From Haliotis rufescens (Eukaryota), in contig NW_025964334.1 of NCBI RefSeq assembly GCF_023055435.1, positions 37,634,001 through 37,698,000 of the forward strand: a DNA stretch of 64,000 nucleotides, in the 5' to 3' direction. A program made the position numbers and the translations under genes. How positions within the stretch are numbered: position 1 is the stretch's first letter; the number at the start of each line of letters is the position of its first letter. This document shows, one piece after another, positions 39,221 through 52,017 of this stretch. Below the pieces are notes generated by a model, which was not told where the DNA came from, made no database searches, and was given only the letters and a program-made list of their open reading frames with translations.

Positions 39221-39884
39221 ATGACGGGAACCTACAAAGGGCATATCACAGTTATAGTCCTAGTCCTCATGATTTGGACTGTAATGGAGTATGCTGCTTC
39301 AAACTACTGGACTCGAATGGACACAAATGACTTCATTGCCCCAGCAAAGTACCCTGGTGTGGACCTAAGTGTGTCAGCTGAGAGTCCTCGGTGCCCGGAT
39401 GTGAAGACAGGGATGATGAGAGGAAGATGGAGGCCTCGCATTCTGACTGCACAAGAGAAAGTAGACATAGGCTCATTTCTCAAGTCAGCCCGACATCGTA
39501 CCCCAAAGCCAATGCAGAGAAGCGACGGAAAATGTGGGAACGTGGCATATGAAAACGTTTACTACATACGTGCGCTGTGTAACCCGGCAGGTCCTACGCC
39601 ATGTTGCTATGGTGATACGTGCATCAACAAGACCCCGGATGACTGTAAATGTCCGAACTGTTACGATCTTCGTACTGAGATTCATGCAGAGTACTCTACG
39701 TGGGAGCCCGAAGACTCCCGATGTCAGGTGAAGAACTTCACAGCTCAGCAGGCATGTGTTCTACTGAAGGGGCTGACAATAGCCTTTGTAGGAAATTCTT
39801 TTGTGCGCCACGTGTACACGGCGCTGCTGTTGTTGATGACCAACTATGATATTAATGGTGCCTTCATTGCTGGTAAACCAAAAG
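39221..39884 (+). CDS. Coding exon 1 of a membrane-anchored SGNH/PC-esterase-like protein with a Cys-rich module
   Basis: Clean ORF with an N-terminal TM (ITVIVLVLMIWTVM), DGKCG..CNP..PCC..C..CKCPNC and IAFVGNSFVRH. The donor AAAG/GTATGT is phase 1. Confidence 0.85.
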
Positions 39885-40275
39885 GTATGTATATACTTAC
39901 CATACTGAAAATATATGTTGCAAGTGGCGAGGGACGGGGGACTTGACATTCTTTTTGGGCTGGGTGTGGTGGGATGCTGGGAGTTTTGTATGGTGTGAGT
40001 GAGTTTGATTTTACGCCGCTTTTAGCAATTTTCCAGCAATATCACGGCGGTTTTGTATGGAGATATATATATACTAGATATATTTTCAGCTACATATGGC
40101 TCTTAGTATGTAACCAAAAAAACACATAGCAATATCCATGGCAGCCACAATCATTATTGTTCAACAAGCTGAAGCATAATTATTTTAAATTGTTTCATAA
40201 TATTATGCATTTCTTAGAAGTTGACGGATGGCAAAGTAGACACAATTTATGGATAACAATTTCTTTATTTTCACT

Positions 40276-40325
40276 GTAAAGGCGACGTTTCGGTATAGAT
40301 CGTTATACCGTTGTCAAGGCTTAAT
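40276..40325 (-). ncRNA. Minimal type I hammerhead-like motif (U3-A8 variant)
   Basis: Minus strand: UUGACAA-C-GGUAUA(ACGAUC)UAUACC-GAAA-CG-UC. Confidence 0.55.
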
Positions 40326-40399
40326 AATGCTGCTACTGCTGATAATGTATAGGCTTTACAACCGCTTCAGAAACAATGCTTTGGCAGTCGGGGTCAGGC

Positions 40400-41200
40400 G
40401 GGGGAGAATTTGGAGATATATCATGTGGGTGTGGTTTGGCCAGTTTTGATTGATGTAATTAAGTGAGAATTATTTTCTGTGTTGCTTATTTTGAGGTGCA
40501 ATTGGAATAAGGTGTGTAGTGACGTGTCATTTATGTATGCATTTGGGAGTGGTGCATGTTTAATATTATCTAGTGTGTGTGAATTAATTTGTGTAAATGG
40601 GTCAGGTTGGGGACGTGTCTTGAACTGTTGTTTTTGAACTTCTTGAGTGTTGCAGGTCTTGTGTTTTGGTATATTTGTTTGATTAGTTTATATGTTGGGT
40701 TTTGATTTGAGTTTGGTAGTTGAGGCTTATCTGGTCTCGCCTGAGGGGGATTGATGTTATTTATCGCTGATTGTAGGAGAATGTTATTAAGGGAGGCACT
40801 AGTTCTTGTACACAGTGCTATTTCAAGGGCTTTGTATTGGATTGACATTAGTTTATTGGAGTTTTTAGCAGATAGGGTGTGGCGGACTGGAGCGGCGTAG
40901 TCCAGTTTGGTCTGTATACGGGTTTTGTATGTGTTTAGCAGTGTTTGTTTGTCCGCACCCCAGTCGGTGCGCTGATGTCTCTCATTAGATTTATGCCATG
41001 TTGACAGGAATTGACCAAGTTAGAACTGTGTGGTGCCAAAGTTACGTGTTGGTCGAAATTACTTCTTAACATATTGCTTCTTTTTGGTATGTGATTGGAT
41101 CATTTATAAGTTGTAGTTAGAGTGTTGAATTTGGCATGACGGGTGTTTTATGTAGAAGAGGCCCAGAAGGAGATGTCGTCAGCGAATTTTGCTGAAATAG
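40400..41200 (-). mobile_element. I/Nimb-group LINE RT-end fragment (intronic)
   Basis: FADDI.., WGADKQTLLNTYKTRIQTKLDYAAP..L.SIQYKALEIAL. Confidence 0.75.
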
Positions 41201-41655
41201 CTTTATACCAACCTCAATAACTGACGGAACATACTCCTACATGCAAATCTCTCCGTATTTCCATTTCGGTATTTCCTTGTTTTCTTATAAAACACAAACA
41301 TGTCAAGTCATCCTTTCTAAGTAAATAGTGTTCTATTTGAAGGTCGTCCTTGTACAAGAAATTGTCGTAGTTTTATTATATGTTTGTAAATGCAGGGTTT
41401 CAGAAGGGTCAAGTGATAGCGGTACAGAGACAGTGGGAAAGTCGAGTAGTAACAGGGTCGGCTATTCATGTCAAAGACTTCATTGCCCACGTGGACACGC
41501 TATGTAAAATCTATTCTTGATGTTTCCCGCCGTATCATGAGAGGAAAATGCGGTTTAAAACCAAACGCCTTCTGCGTCTCCCCGAACGCCAAACATGAAC
41601 AATTAGTATAAACCCTGTGTGCCAAGTAACAATATTTATTCTGATTCTATTTCAG

Positions 41656-42206
41656 CCATCCTTTGCAACGGAATGTACGGATTCTCGGATGCACTATGTA
41701 GGGAAAGGCTCAAGAGACAAGTAACTCTCTGTGGCGGGAGTGTGACTGTCAAAATGTTGGAATACAATCGAGCCTTGGTGGCGACACAATTCCATAAAGA
41801 TTTTCGTTCATTTCTTCATAAAAAGAAAACAATGGTTCTAGTTGGTATTGGGATCCACGATCATTTCAACTTTAAAAGCGTGTTTAATGAATATATGTAT
41901 CCCGTTATTGACATGATGAGAAAGAACAAAGCTTCATGGCCAAAGATGATCTGGTTTTCCAATCACAAATTTGGTATCCTGAAGTCTCCAAAGATGCCAA
42001 CACAAAGTAATAGTCGCGTAGCAGCCTTCAACAAACGTATGTCTGAGGCTTTGGGGAAGTATCATATACCCATTTTTGACACTTATAATTTAACATCGGA
42101 TGTGTCGAGCTCGGACGGGGCTCATTTTGGTATGGGTGTGAATGTCATGAAAGCGCAATTGCTTCTGAACTATTTGTTGGAAATGAAATCAAAACGTTAT
42201 TGGTGA
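41656..42206 (+). CDS. Coding exon 2 (terminal) of the SGNH/PC-esterase-like protein; spliced product about 404 aa
   Basis: The acceptor TTTCAG/CC matches the phase-1 donor. Motifs VLVGIGIHD, IPIFD and SSDGAHF (DxxH). Stop TGA ends at 42206. Confidence 0.85.
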
Positions 42207-42961
42207 ACCAATGAACTAACCATGACATGAGTTAATACTTGATTCTGATCGGTTAATGAAGTCAATCAGAGATATACAATCACGTTATACGGATCTCTGA
42301 TGAGCGGCTGCGCAAATATATATTTACGGTAATACACTATTTCGTTTGCCCACCAACATGTCGGACACAATCTACCGACACGACGATGGAGTACGGCGAT
42401 TTGGCTGTAGGCAATTACACATCTGTTTTCGAAGTTGGATATAGTGATGATGAGCTCAACTCATTACTTCCGAATTATAGATTTAGGTGATTATATAAGT
42501 AAATTACTTCACAAGCAGAGAAATCAATATTCAGTCGAACTTGGTTAAAGGATCGTCTGCTTTCCTAAAGATTCAGCAAGAATAAATTGTTGTGTTAATT
42601 CCAAATCATCGCAAAATAGATGAAGCTATTGATTGTGAAACAAATTACACATTAAGTTAAAATTAATATCAGATTTCGTTGAGGATATGGCTGATTATGA
42701 CCCGTTATGACATCGACATCGAACACCGAGGAAAAGCCTTCAGTCCCAATAAATATGGACACTTTTGGTAATAATTGAAACATAACCATATATTTAGGAG
42801 CAAAATGGTGAGGGTTTTTTCAGAGTAGCGGTAGTATGACATATAAATATAATTATAGATGTCATTCAAAAGCATACCGATTTAAGGCCCTACATGATAT
42901 ATTTTCTCAAAAATATAATTTTATTTAAAACACTAGATTCAGTCATGATCCCATTGTTATG

Positions 42962-43220
42962 TGTTTCTGTTTTAAGGCCGAACTCAGCAATATTCCATCT
43001 TTATGACAGCGTTCTGTATATAATCGAGTCTGGACAAGACAATCCAGTGATTGGCATCATGAGCATCGATCCACGCAACTGTGATGCGATGACATGCATC
43101 AACCAAGTCAGCGAGCCGGACCACCTGATCCCGTTAGTTGCCTCTTACCACAAGCAGAGTCGCGTTTTTCGGCAAGAATTGGTTGATGAATACCTATTCA
43201 ACCCCGGATCTTAACGGGTC
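42962..43220 (-). mobile_element. SINE family A, diverged full-length copy
   Basis: Ends in CGGGTC like the other copies, with an imperfect TSD ATCC(C/A)ATTGTTA. Confidence 0.85.
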
Positions 43221-44175
43221 TATCCAATTGTTAGATAACATTGCTTGAACTACCGTCTTCTGACGTACATTAATTTGTTTAAGATTGATCATAAGTTAAA
43301 ACATATTCCTAGCAGATACCAAGGGTATCTTACTACAACGTCGCAATCTCCTCGGTATCTCCAGGTAGAACAGAACGTGTGTATTATATAAATCACCAGC
43401 TGTTGCAGACGAATTTCATTTTTTCTTTCGCTGTCAGGCATTTCAAGAATACATGAAATTGTATACACCACATAAGTACTTGTGTTTGTCAAATACGATC
43501 TCTTTTCAACGACTACTTTGTACATCAAGCTTTAAAGAAATGTCATGCTTATCGATGTGTATAGTATACAAGAAACTAAGATCTACAATAACTAAAGAGA
43601 CTTAATAGCCAATAGTTCAAGCCAATAGTAATAGCATAAGTATGTCTTAGTTTGCTTTTGTACCCCCATTTAGGTTTACAGATATAGAGAAGGTTCAGGG
43701 ACGCGAACAAATGGGACGATAAGCCCTTCATCCATTTCCGTGACATATCACAGCGGGGAGCTGCATGTATGAATGAGTTTCCCTTCACACATTGTACTGG
43801 TGAGAGATTGTGAACCTGGTAGGTTAGGGTATGATGTAGTCAAACCTTGAGGGTGCGATGGGATTCCTAGCTCAAGGTGAAGCTGAAAGCGGTGATTCCC
43901 ATGCCGACCGAAGTGAGGTCGTTGACCATCTTACTAGGAGTAAAAATAACAGAAACCAGTAAACTGCCTCATCTATTTCATATTTAGATCTATTAATAAT
44001 GATTCAGAGTGACAAAAATGACCTCAACATTCCAATAGGCAAACATATATTTAAGCATATTGATCATAAAATGAAACTATAATCGTTAATATAATGATCT
44101 GAAATGGTGCAGCCATGCATTGAAATATGTACAGAATCTCACCCTCGTGTCTTTTGGTATCAAATATATCAACGA

Positions 44176-45150
44176 GTGTATAGGTGTTCGTGTATACGTA
44201 CTATATGTATACATTGTGGAATGTTATAGGTGTTCGTGTATACGTACTACATGTATACATTGGGGAATGTTATAGGTGTTCGTGTATACGTACTACATGT
44301 ATACATTGTGGAATGTTATAGTGTTCATGTATACGTACTACATGTATACATTGTGGAATGTTATAGGTGTTCGTGTATACGTACTATATGTAAACATTGT
44401 GGAATGTTATAGGTGTTCGTGTATACGTACTACATGTATACATTGTGGAATGTTATAGTGTTCATGTATACGTACTACATGTATACATTGGGGAATGTTA
44501 TAGGTGTTCGTGTATACGTACTATATGTAAACATTGTGGAATGTTATAGGTGTTCGTGTATACGTACTACATGTATACATTGTGGAATGTTATAGGTGCT
44601 CGTGTATACGTACTTCATGTATACATTGTGGAATGTTATAGGTGTTCGTGTATACGTACTACATGTATACATTGGGGAATGTTATAGGTGTTCGTGTATA
44701 CGTACTATATGTAAACATTGTGGAATGTTATAGGTGTTCGTGTATACGTACTACGTGTATACATTGTGGAATGTTATAGGTGTTCGTGTATACGTACTAT
44801 ATGTATAGATTGTGGAATGTTATAGGTGTTCGTGTATACGTACTACATGTATACATTGGGGAATGTTATAGTGTTCATGTATACGTACTACATGTATACA
44901 TGGTGGAATGTTATAGTGTTCGTGTATTACGTACTACATGTATACGTTGGGGAATGTTATAGTGTTCATGTATACGTACTACATGTATACATGGTGGAAT
45001 GTTATATGTGTTTGTGTATACGTACTACATGTATACATTGGGGAATGTTATTGTGTTCGTGTATACGTACTACATGTACACATTGGGGAATATTATAGGT
45101 GTTGTGTATACGTGCTATATGTATACATTGTGGAATGTTATAGTGTTCCT
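44176..45150. repeat. 45-46-bp minisatellite (about 21 copies)
   Basis: Unit GGTGTTCGTGTATACGTACTACATGTATACATTGTGGAATGTTATA. Confidence 0.97.
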
Positions 45151-45389
45151 GTATATGTACACATTCATTTACATACATTTGTTTTAAATATATTATCAAT
45201 GATTTTACAAAATTGTTGAAGATTATATGTGAAGTACGGAATGACTACAACTATTGTTTTATAATAAAATCTGTCTTTCCATGTTCGTTTTTGTTCTTTT
45301 GGAAAACAATATGTGTAGTTTTGCGGAAATGACAATGAAACGATTTCACCTATAACATTCCACAATGTGTACATTGTGTACGTACATGT

Positions 45390-45518
45390 ACCAAGAGCTT
45401 TTGAAGCTCGTTTCAAGAATTTATTAATTGCATAAAAAGTCTTTGCTCTTTCTGCTTTCTCTTTCAAGAAATCATACACATTCAACATCAACTGTTTAAC
45501 ATCTGCTGAGTAGCGCAT
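45390..45518 (-). pseudogene. N-terminus of an IS630/Tc1-superfamily-like transposase
   Basis: MRYSADVKQLMLNVYDFLKEK..INKFLKRASKALG resembles HTH starts of such transposases. It is truncated by an inverted minisatellite unit. Confidence 0.4.
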
Positions 45519-45789
45519 CTTGTCATTGAATGAACACGGTCACTGTGTAGCACGTGCAGACCGTGTGGCGCTGTTCCTTCCACGGTTTGTCCCCCAACGT
45601 GTCATGTACACATTTCTATACAAAATTACATGATAATTTCTTAAAGAACTTCATCCGTCATGGGTATTAAAATAAACAAAATTCAGATTTTGTTGGGTAC
45701 AGGGTATTCATGGTCAAGTAGCTTATTGATGTTTCATACACTTTTCTGGATTTCAGTTATTTTGCAATTCATCGTTCTCATTTGGAGTC

Positions 45790-46558
45790 AAACGGACTGC
45801 AAGTGAAAGTGCTCGACAGACCACAGGAACACATAATCGACACATTAGTCGGGACGCTGTGATCCGAAGTCTCCGTTCCAACAGCCTCAGATGTCGCCGA
45901 CCAGCACGTCGTCCTGTTCTCGAACCACGGCATCGACAAGCACGACTTCAGTGAGCACAGGGTCATCACAATTGGCGTCATCGTGAGTGGAGGCGTGTCA
46001 TCTTCTCTGATGAAAGTCGCTTTTGGGTCTCCCATGGAGACGGAAGAGTCAGAATTTGGCGGCATCGAGGTGATCGTTTCACTGACAGAAACGTTGTGGA
46101 AAGGAATCCATGGGGTGGACCTTGCGTCATGATATGGGCAGGGATTGGACTTAATGCGAGACTTGGACCCATGTGCTTTCTGAATGTTGGTCAAGGTCGG
46201 GGACACGGCGTCACTGCTCAGCGGTATATCTCCATTTTTACACAACATCAACAACACATTTTCCAGCAGGACAACGCTCGTCCCCATGTTGCCAGAGCTA
46301 CCATGACATTTCTGCAACAACACAACATCCGTGTTCAACCGTGGCCATCCCTCAGCCCTGATCGAACACTTGTGGGATGAGGTTCAAGGGCGTCTGCACA
46401 ATGTGCGCCCAGTCCATACAACTGCCGATGAACTACGCACAGCTGCTCTGGATGTGTGCAGGAGGATCCCTAGGGCCTTCACAAATCGTTTGATCCACTC
46501 AATGTACAGGAGATGTGTGGCAGTGATCAATGCTAATGGTGGTCACACCAGGTATTGA
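45790..46558 (+). mobile_element. Tc1 transposase catalytic-domain fragment
   Basis: VIFSDESRF, WGGPCVMIWAGI, FQQDNARPH, WPSLSPD and IEHLWDE..GGHTRY. Confidence 0.9.
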
Positions 46559-46859
46559 CTGACATCCCACGACCCACTACCGTTCGAGTTTGAGGTTGAT
46601 GCCTTTAAGGCTAGACTGATGGAGAGGACAGAAACGACCCCTAAACCCACTATCTGCAGACATTGTATTTTGTGATGGTACATTTTATGCCTGTCCCAAG
46701 TTGTTTGATCATATTTATTGCTTACATGCTGAGGTGTTTGGCCATATGTTTCCATTAGTATACTGTTTGTTGTCCAATCGAACAAAAGAGTGTTATGTCA
46801 GCATGTTTCAGTACCTGTGCGATTTTGCTAGTAGGTGAGGCCTAGAGTTTGCCCCACTT

Positions 46860-47488
46860 ACAATTCAGTTGGACTTTGAACGTGCAGCTCACAATGCCGT
46901 GACTGATGTATTTCCTGGGACATTAGTTAGAGGGTGTTTCTTTCACTTCACCCAATGTATCTGGAGGAGGGTGCAGAAAGAAGGTCTGGTGATGGACTAT
47001 AAGGAAGATGAGGAGGTTAAGAAGCTGGTGAGAAGAGCTGCTGCCCTCCCTCTAGTACCACGTGACAAGGTGGATGATGTGTGGCTTGATGCCATTGCCG
47101 ACTCTCTTGCTGGCCCTAAAAGGACTGCCTTCATGGGCTATGTGAAACCAGTTGGGTTCAAGGACAGTCCTTCATCCCAGAGATTTGGAATCACTTCGAA
47201 AACCAAGGCCACCGTACCAACCTAGAAGAGTGGCACAACAAGATAAAGAGACTTGTCAAGAAGTGCCACCCGAACATCTACGAGGTAGCGAAGCTCTTTC
47301 AGCGCGAGCAGTCACTCACAGAGGTTGCAGTCCTGAGGCTCTCTCACCAGTGGTCAGAACCTTCACGAAGAAGGAAGTACAAAGCAATCGATGCTCGTAT
47401 TGCATCCCCCAAGACCCAGCTCCTGAACCAACACCTGAGTGAGATGGAATATGCTGACCATGTGGACGACCTCCTTCATCTGCAGTAA
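46860..47488 (+). mobile_element. MULE/Mutator transposase C-terminal fragment
   Basis: DFERAAHNAV..GCFFHFTQCIW, then frameshifted WNHF..TNLEEWHNKIK..HPNIYE. Confidence 0.88.
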
Positions 47489-48641
47489 TGACATCATGGT
47501 AGTGTTCGGCATCATCAAGTCATGCAGTAGCGTAATACATCTGTGTCTTACATATAAGTGCAAACATTGTCATTGTTTTAGATGTGCTACACAACAATTC
47601 ATTACACAATCGTGACCTGTAATGTGACAGTGTAATATGACCTGTCATGATATCCATCAATGTAATGTTTTGATGAATATATTATCCCTGTTATGATCTG
47701 AATAAGAAATGAGAAAACAAGACCTGTTAGAATCACAAAGCATGTTTTGACAGCATAGCCCCGCGAGTCACATCAATTTTGGCTATATATTTTCGAAATG
47801 TGCCTAGGCGGCCAGTAACCGTCCATTCATACTGAAGGTAATCAGAGCTCATTGGGGACAGCCACTGGTGCATAACATTGTTTTGATAATACTGTAGGCA
47901 AAGTGCACTGTAAGTGATAGTAGACCTATCCCCTATGCGATGTTGTTTAAGCTATCAAGTTAATCGCGACACCACTTCATGATGGAAATCGATTTGAAAC
48001 TGATGAGTGTATTGATCTGCAGACAGTTTCAGCGTTGGTGTTATGCATATAACATGACAGTGCCCACACATCTAACGCAGGTGTATCTAGCAACTAAGGC
48101 TGTGTCTATACTATATACTTTGACACGCACCGTTACCCATTTCAACACAGCCAGGACCTGGACGTAGATAACAGATGATTCAGTCACATTTACACAAACA
48201 GCAACAAACGCGTACTCCGTGTCAGGGTCAACCAGTATGTCTCCCTCCCATCGGTCAGACAGGCCATTTGTCATACACCTTGTTATTGCCAATCGTCATA
48301 CAGTTGATTGGGGGGGGGGGGGGGGGGGACCCAACACTCATAAGGTCTTTGTTACAACAATGTGAAATTCATAAAGGGTGAGTTGTTGTGAGCTGGTTAT
48401 CTTGTGAGAAGAGGGTATTAATATGATCAAAGTCACTGTAAGTTCTTTTACTAACAAATAAGTAATAAGTTGTTTTAATAAATACTTTGCCCTTTGAGGT
48501 TAATAAATGTAATTCACGTAATCCTATGAAAGGAGACTAGAGATGTTTGAGATGAGAAACTGTTTAACTGATGAGATGTATTTTGTGACCACACAAATAT
48601 GTATAAATACTGTATCAATTGATTTTACATCATTCACAATC

Positions 48642-49545
48642 ATGGCTCTGCGACATGTAGAATACGTTACGTCAGCCCGCAGTGCCCAGCAGGTTCTCTT
48701 TGAAGGATACTTGTTCAACAAGAATGCAACAAGACAGACAGCACAACACTGGCGTTGTGAAATTAAGTCTTGCTCCGGCAAGTGCACTACTGTTGGTGAT
48801 TTTGTCAGCAACATGAGGAAGAGGGCAAGAGAGGAAACAACCCCGATACAGCAGCTCTACACCCAACAGCTCTCTGAAGAAGATGATGACCAAGCCCAAG
48901 CCCTACATGCCTTCCCCAGCATGAGCAGTGCCCTTTACCGCCACAGAAGGAAGACCATTCCCGTCCTGTTCCAAACCAGAGCCCAAGTGGACCTAGATGG
49001 TGCCTGGAGCCATATATCAGATGGGGACCGCTTCCTCCTATTCAGCGATGGAGAAGAAAATAAGATCCTTGCCTTTGCCACAGATGAGCCGCTACAGATC
49101 CTACAAGGTGCTGAGACGATATACATGGATGGTACCTTTACCGCCTGCCCTGCGCTTTGGGATCAAGTGTACATACTTCACGTCAGAAGTGAATCTGCCA
49201 GATATCCCGCAGTTTATGCTTTGCTACCCGACCGCCAGACGACAACGCACAGAAGACTGTTCAGCCTTTTGAAGACCCAGGTTGCAGACACCCTGAACAG
49301 AGAACTTGCTCCCACTCGCCTGCAGACCGATTTTGAACAAGCAGCAATCCGTGCCATCCAGTTGGAGTTCCCCAACGCTGAAGTCAAGGGCTGCTTCTTC
49401 CACTACAGTCAAGCCATATGGAGGAAGACACGAGACCTCGGGTTGGCTGTAGCCTATACAGAAGATCCAGCAGTGCAACAGTGGATTAGACGGACAGCAG
49501 GTCTAGCGCTTCTCCCTGCAGATGATGTCCAAGACGCCTGGCTTT
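48642..49545 (+). mobile_element. FLYWCH-MULE transposase, 3'-truncated
   Basis: LFEGYLF..WRC..C, YMDGTF, YALLPD, QTDFEQA and GCFFHYSQAIW. TATAAATA at 48602. Confidence 0.92.
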
Positions 49546-49785
49546 CAGATGTGTTTTCCGCAATGATATTTTGGGCAAATCAGAATATAATTTTTGTCCT
49601 CAATTTTGTAAACATTATTTTTATTACAAAATTCACAATATCTCATCTCCTTACAAATATTTTCATATCTTCCCGTTTCAATTCTATGTTTGTGGCATGA
49701 TAATCCCAACATGGTACCATATCTCATATCCTTAGGATGCAGTACATCTACATACGTTTTGCTTTACAAAATAAATTAGATGCTA
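49546..49785 (-). mobile_element. CR1/L2-group LINE 3' fragment
   Basis: LSCHKHRIETGRYENI..RYCEFC..IEDKNYILICPKY. Confidence 0.8.
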
Positions 49786-51294
49786 CTTGTTTGTTTGATT
49801 GTTTGTTTTTTGAGTGCTGCACAATATTCCAGCTATATGGCGGCTGATTGTAAATAATCGCGTCTTGACCAGACAACCCAGTGCTTAAAAAACTAATTGT
49901 AGGGTCATGGTGTCATTTAAAAAAAAAAGTAATTTTATTTACGCAATTACACATCATACATACCCAAATTTGAAATAACAATGTCATATGTTTAGCTTAC
50001 CCACCCAATGTTGTAATTACACAAATTAAGCAAAATATCATAGTCTTACTTCCAAATACTTTTTGTCGTTTTTATCAACTTAAACCAACAGTTTAACACC
50101 CTTAATACCTCTAAGTATACACTGGTAGAGGGACACGTTCTTAATTGTACGACAACCAAATCATTTAAATCACAATTGTATGTAATTATTAACAGTAGAA
50201 TCTACATCGACACAATTATCACACATCATTGCCATAAATATCAATTTGTGTCACACATTAAATTGATTCATTCATTTTGTCGTCATAATTAAGAGAAAAT
50301 GTGAATGTTTTAAACAGTTACAGAAATATATTCTGCCTCTAGATGGAATAATTTAACAAATATACATGTATATGCTTGTACAAGTATATGCTTATATTGC
50401 TGAAATTTTTTCTACAAAGTATATAATACTTATTGTAATCTCAGGGTGCCATTGTACAAAACTAACCTTAGTGCTACGACTGTCGCAACTCTATGTTAAG
50501 GTATGGGATTTACGATCACCTTAGCACTCTGATCGCTTTGTATAACGGATACTAAAGGCTATCTGCTCCTCAGATACGGTATATTACTTACACGGTATAT
50601 TACTTACACTATATTATTTCAGTTTCTTTCAGCTTTCGATGAGCGAGAAGTACCGCATCCCTAAAGATGCGATGGGATTTGTGGGTGGTTCGTTAGCTCG
50701 TCACGTAGAAGACCCGGGTTCGGTTCGGTTTAAGAGTACACAACTTTACTAATGGATAGATGGTGTCGTGATGAACCATATTCAGTCATCCATATCTTTG
50801 AGGGGATATTTATTAAATAACTGCACAGCTCTGAGTTGCGTGTATTAATGTTAAGAAATTAACGTTACTTAATGATCATGAATGATACTCTACTAAAGTT
50901 GATGTTCACAATGTACTCTGGCAATATGGCGTCACAGGGAACATAAACCTTTATTTACACACACATGACATCAAAATTGTAACGTAAGCCTGTGAACGTC
51001 TTACTGTAAACACTTTCATAAAATTCATGATGTCAAATACTTTAGGTCATGAATAAGCAAACTTTTGGGATGGATCACCAAATCAATCTACATACATATC
51101 TCGAATTGTCTGAAAAGCAATTTTTCAGTTTTCTTAGGATGGTGACAATTCTAAATTACATGGGATTCAAACGATGTAAGGAAACTAACTCTTACAGTCT
51201 TTATGCAAATGTTAAATTTATTACCGCTTCACGAAATCACATGAACAGAACTGTGGGATACATATACACTGTCCAAGCCCTTGGGGACAACGCG

Positions 51295-51776
51295 TGAGAG
51301 AGAGTGAGAGAGAGAGACAGTGAGAGATAGAGAGAGACAGTGAGAGGGAGGATGAGAGAGAGTGAGAGAGAGAGCGTGAGAGAGACAGTGAGAGAGAGAA
51401 AGAGTGAGAGTGAGAGGGTGAGGGTGAGAGACAGTGAGAGAGAGTGAGCCTAAGAGTGAGAGAGAGAGATAGTGAGAGAGAGAGAGCGTGAGAGAGAGAG
51501 GTGAGAGAGAGACAGTGAGAGAGAGACAGTGAGAGAGAACGAAAGAGTGAGCGAGAGAGTGAGAGAGAGTGAGCCTAAGAGTGAGAGAGGGGTGAGAGAG
51601 AAAGAAAGAGTGAGAGAGAGAGCCTAAGAGTGAGAGAGGGGTGAAAGAGAGCGTGAGAGAGAGTGAGAGTGAGAGCTTGAGAAAGAGAGAGAGGGTGAGA
51701 GAGAGAGAGAGAGAGAGTGAGCGAGAGAGGGAGAGAGAAAGAGGGAGAGAGAGACAGTGAGAGAGAGGGTGAGGGT
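51295..51776. repeat. Degenerate (GA)n polypurine tract
   Basis: About 480 bp of GAGA/GTGA repeats. Confidence 0.97.
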
Positions 51777-51848
51777 GGTCAGGTAGTTAAAACAGTTTAA
51801 ATGTTCAAGAAGTATTCTTCATCTCATGCGATTACTGTCCCCACACAG

Positions 51849-52017
51849 GTGTGGTCATCAATCAGCCCGGGGGCTCCGTGCTCGGCAACACCATCAGGTA
51901 CAGGAGGACTCCCGCCCTCATCATCTGCCAGCACTGCAGCGCCACGGTTACCACCTCCGTCGACGACGAGACCAGTACTCTGCAGTGGATCGCGTGTTTC
52001 TTCATGTGTATATTTGG
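51849..52017 (+). CDS. LITAF-like: LITAF-domain protein, internal exon
   Basis: Acceptor CACAG, then GVVINQPGG..PALIICQHCSATVTT..TLQWIACFFMCIFG. The donor GG/GTAAGA is phase 2. Confidence 0.9.

Noticed and set aside
44176-45150. CRISPR-like array or repetitive protein ORFs
   Set aside because: These are head-to-tail units with no unique spacers in a eukaryotic context. The ORFs are repeat artefacts.
46860-49545. Two MULE pieces as halves of one split gene
   Set aside because: They overlap in the DFE..GCFFH region with clearly different sequence and are in the wrong order.
48543-49700. 385-aa ORF as an intact or domesticated MULE transposase
   Set aside because: Homology stops at about 49545 (QDAWL). 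The hydrophobic tail is the antisense of a LINE 3' fragment, and the catalytic Glu region is missing.
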